Below the pieces are notes generated by a model. It saw only the letters and a list, made by a program, of their open reading frames with translations. It was not told where the DNA came from and did no database searches. From Klebsormidium nitens (taxonomy: Eukaryota; Plantae; Klebsormidiophyceae), in assembly GCA_000708835.1 (NCBI GenBank), contig DF237468.1, forward strand, positions 315 to 64,314: DNA of 64,000 nucleotides, read 5' to 3'. Shown here one piece after another: positions 62,910-64,000 of this stretch (positions within the stretch are counted from its first letter, which is position 1; each line of letters begins with the position of its first letter). A program made the position numbers and the translations under genes.

Positions 62910-63940
62910 TTATTTCACAAGAGCAAGACGGTGAGCCGCAATATCAACAAGAAATGGACGGACAATGCTATCTATCAGCGCTTCTGCATTTTTGTGCCAA
63001 CAGGGTTCTGTCCGGCCTAACAGGTATGCCATTTGAAGAGGAGGCAGTGCCAAGGTGATATCAGATAGCTCAGCAAGGAAGTCGGTTTCTAGCTGGGCTT
63101 TTAATTCACTAGCCAACTGTTTCCGATGACGAGAGAAGGCTTTGCAGTCAAGCAGAAAGTGTGTCTCGTAATCTTGACTTCCAGATAAGCACAAGGTGCA
63201 GACTTTGCTAGCAGCAGTGTCACCGTGGAATATTCGTGACCGCAAGCCAAAGGATCTTGATCTAAGGTAGAATTTTACAGTGGTTGACCATCTGTCGTGC
63301 CTAAAGATGTAAGGTTCTTGCCCGTATCTGGTCTTAATAAACTTGTAGTGCTTTCCAGATTCGGTACGATTCAGATTTTCTAACCAAAGGTGGCGGTCGA
63401 GAGTAAGGACTGCTGAGTGAACCTCTTTTTTCCACCGTGCTTTTGAAATGGCAGATGCACTTTGAGGATCTTGTATATGGGCTAGTTGAGTGTCTGTAAA
63501 GAGTTTGAATAATTCTGAGTGCCAAGACTTGTCGTCAATCCAGGGGGCGCCTGCAAGCGAGCATTTGGATTGGAAGTCTTGAAGACGAGCAAGAAAAACT
63601 TTCTTGATGAGCCGGTGGTCTTCCAGTCGACAAATGTGACCAAAGAAGTTGAGCTTGGTCTCAGCAATGTAGGAGCATGCAGAGAGCCAACCGAGGTCGC
63701 CAAGAAGAGCTTCAGCAATCACCAACGCATTGCTTTGTTTGCCAAAGACCCGCCTGGCCGCCTGCACTTGGGCGCTTTCGACCTTCATTAATAGCTTTTT
63801 GGTACTTATGGTGACCAAACTTCGGCACCATAAAACAAACGTGGGCGGGCAAAGAGTTGCCACAGAGCCGCAGATTCACCTACTTGCAGGCCGGAGTCCC
63901 CATAACCAATCTGATAAAGTTGCTTGTATGCATTGTTGTA
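62910..63940 (-). mobile_element. 5'-truncated, frameshifted non-LTR retrotransposon (LINE) ORF2 C-terminus
   Basis: Post-RT motifs LFARPRLFYGAEVW (adjacent frame), KVESAQVQAARR, KLNFFGHICRLEDHRLIKKVF, YGQEPYI and a C-x2-C-x9-H-x4-C finger (CTLC...HFLLDC). At least two frameshifts above 63800. Confidence 0.85.
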
Positions 63941-63982
63941 ACGGTACGGAGGTCCGAGCGCTCTACCGTCGAGCTACGACCC
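63941..63982 (-). other. tRNA-like 5' half (A-box/D-arm only); possible SINE head or tRNA relic
   Basis: Minus strand GGGTCGTAGCTCGACGGTAGAGCGCTCGGACCTCCGTACCG: GCTC/GAGC D-stem and a TAGCTC..GGTAGAGCG A-box. No T-arm or B-box follows. Confidence 0.6.
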
Positions 63983-64000
63983 AAAAAGGTAATACACTTT

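Noticed and set aside
63900-63982. Complete functional tRNA gene, with or without intron
   Set aside because: No T-arm, B-box or acceptor 3' strand, and no U33-type anticodon loop; kept only as a tRNA-like half.

Overview
This is gene-dense, intron-rich eukaryotic nuclear DNA. The gene set (nuclear PsaK, a flagellar-type kinesin-9/KIF6, plant-type UPL5 and mitochondrial PNPase) and the CpG-rich exons suggest a streptophyte green alga, Klebsormidium-like; this is an inference. Recognisable genes are TPK1 (-), KIF6 (+), a UPL5-like HECT ligase (-), mitochondrial PNPase (+), PsaK (+), a CMC1-like twin CX9C gene absent from the ORF track (-), TM9SF (+) and a small complex I accessory subunit (-). 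Between 13 and 28 kb I reconstructed four paralogous 4-exon genes with matching intron phases. They encode roughly 270-290 aa putative plastid-targeted membrane proteins of no family I recognise; one copy has a Trp-to-TGA stop, and decayed pieces of a KIF6 exon lie among them. Non-coding structure includes repeated copies of splice junctions in at least 8 PNPase introns, a ~60 bp C-rich element in four introns of three genes, and a 36-bp-arm hairpin. The right end holds a mobile-element cluster: a tRNA-like 5' half abutting a decayed LINE RT 3' end, followed 37 bp later by a long unknown ORF. No CRISPR array or rRNA gene was seen. All alignments and gene models are manual.
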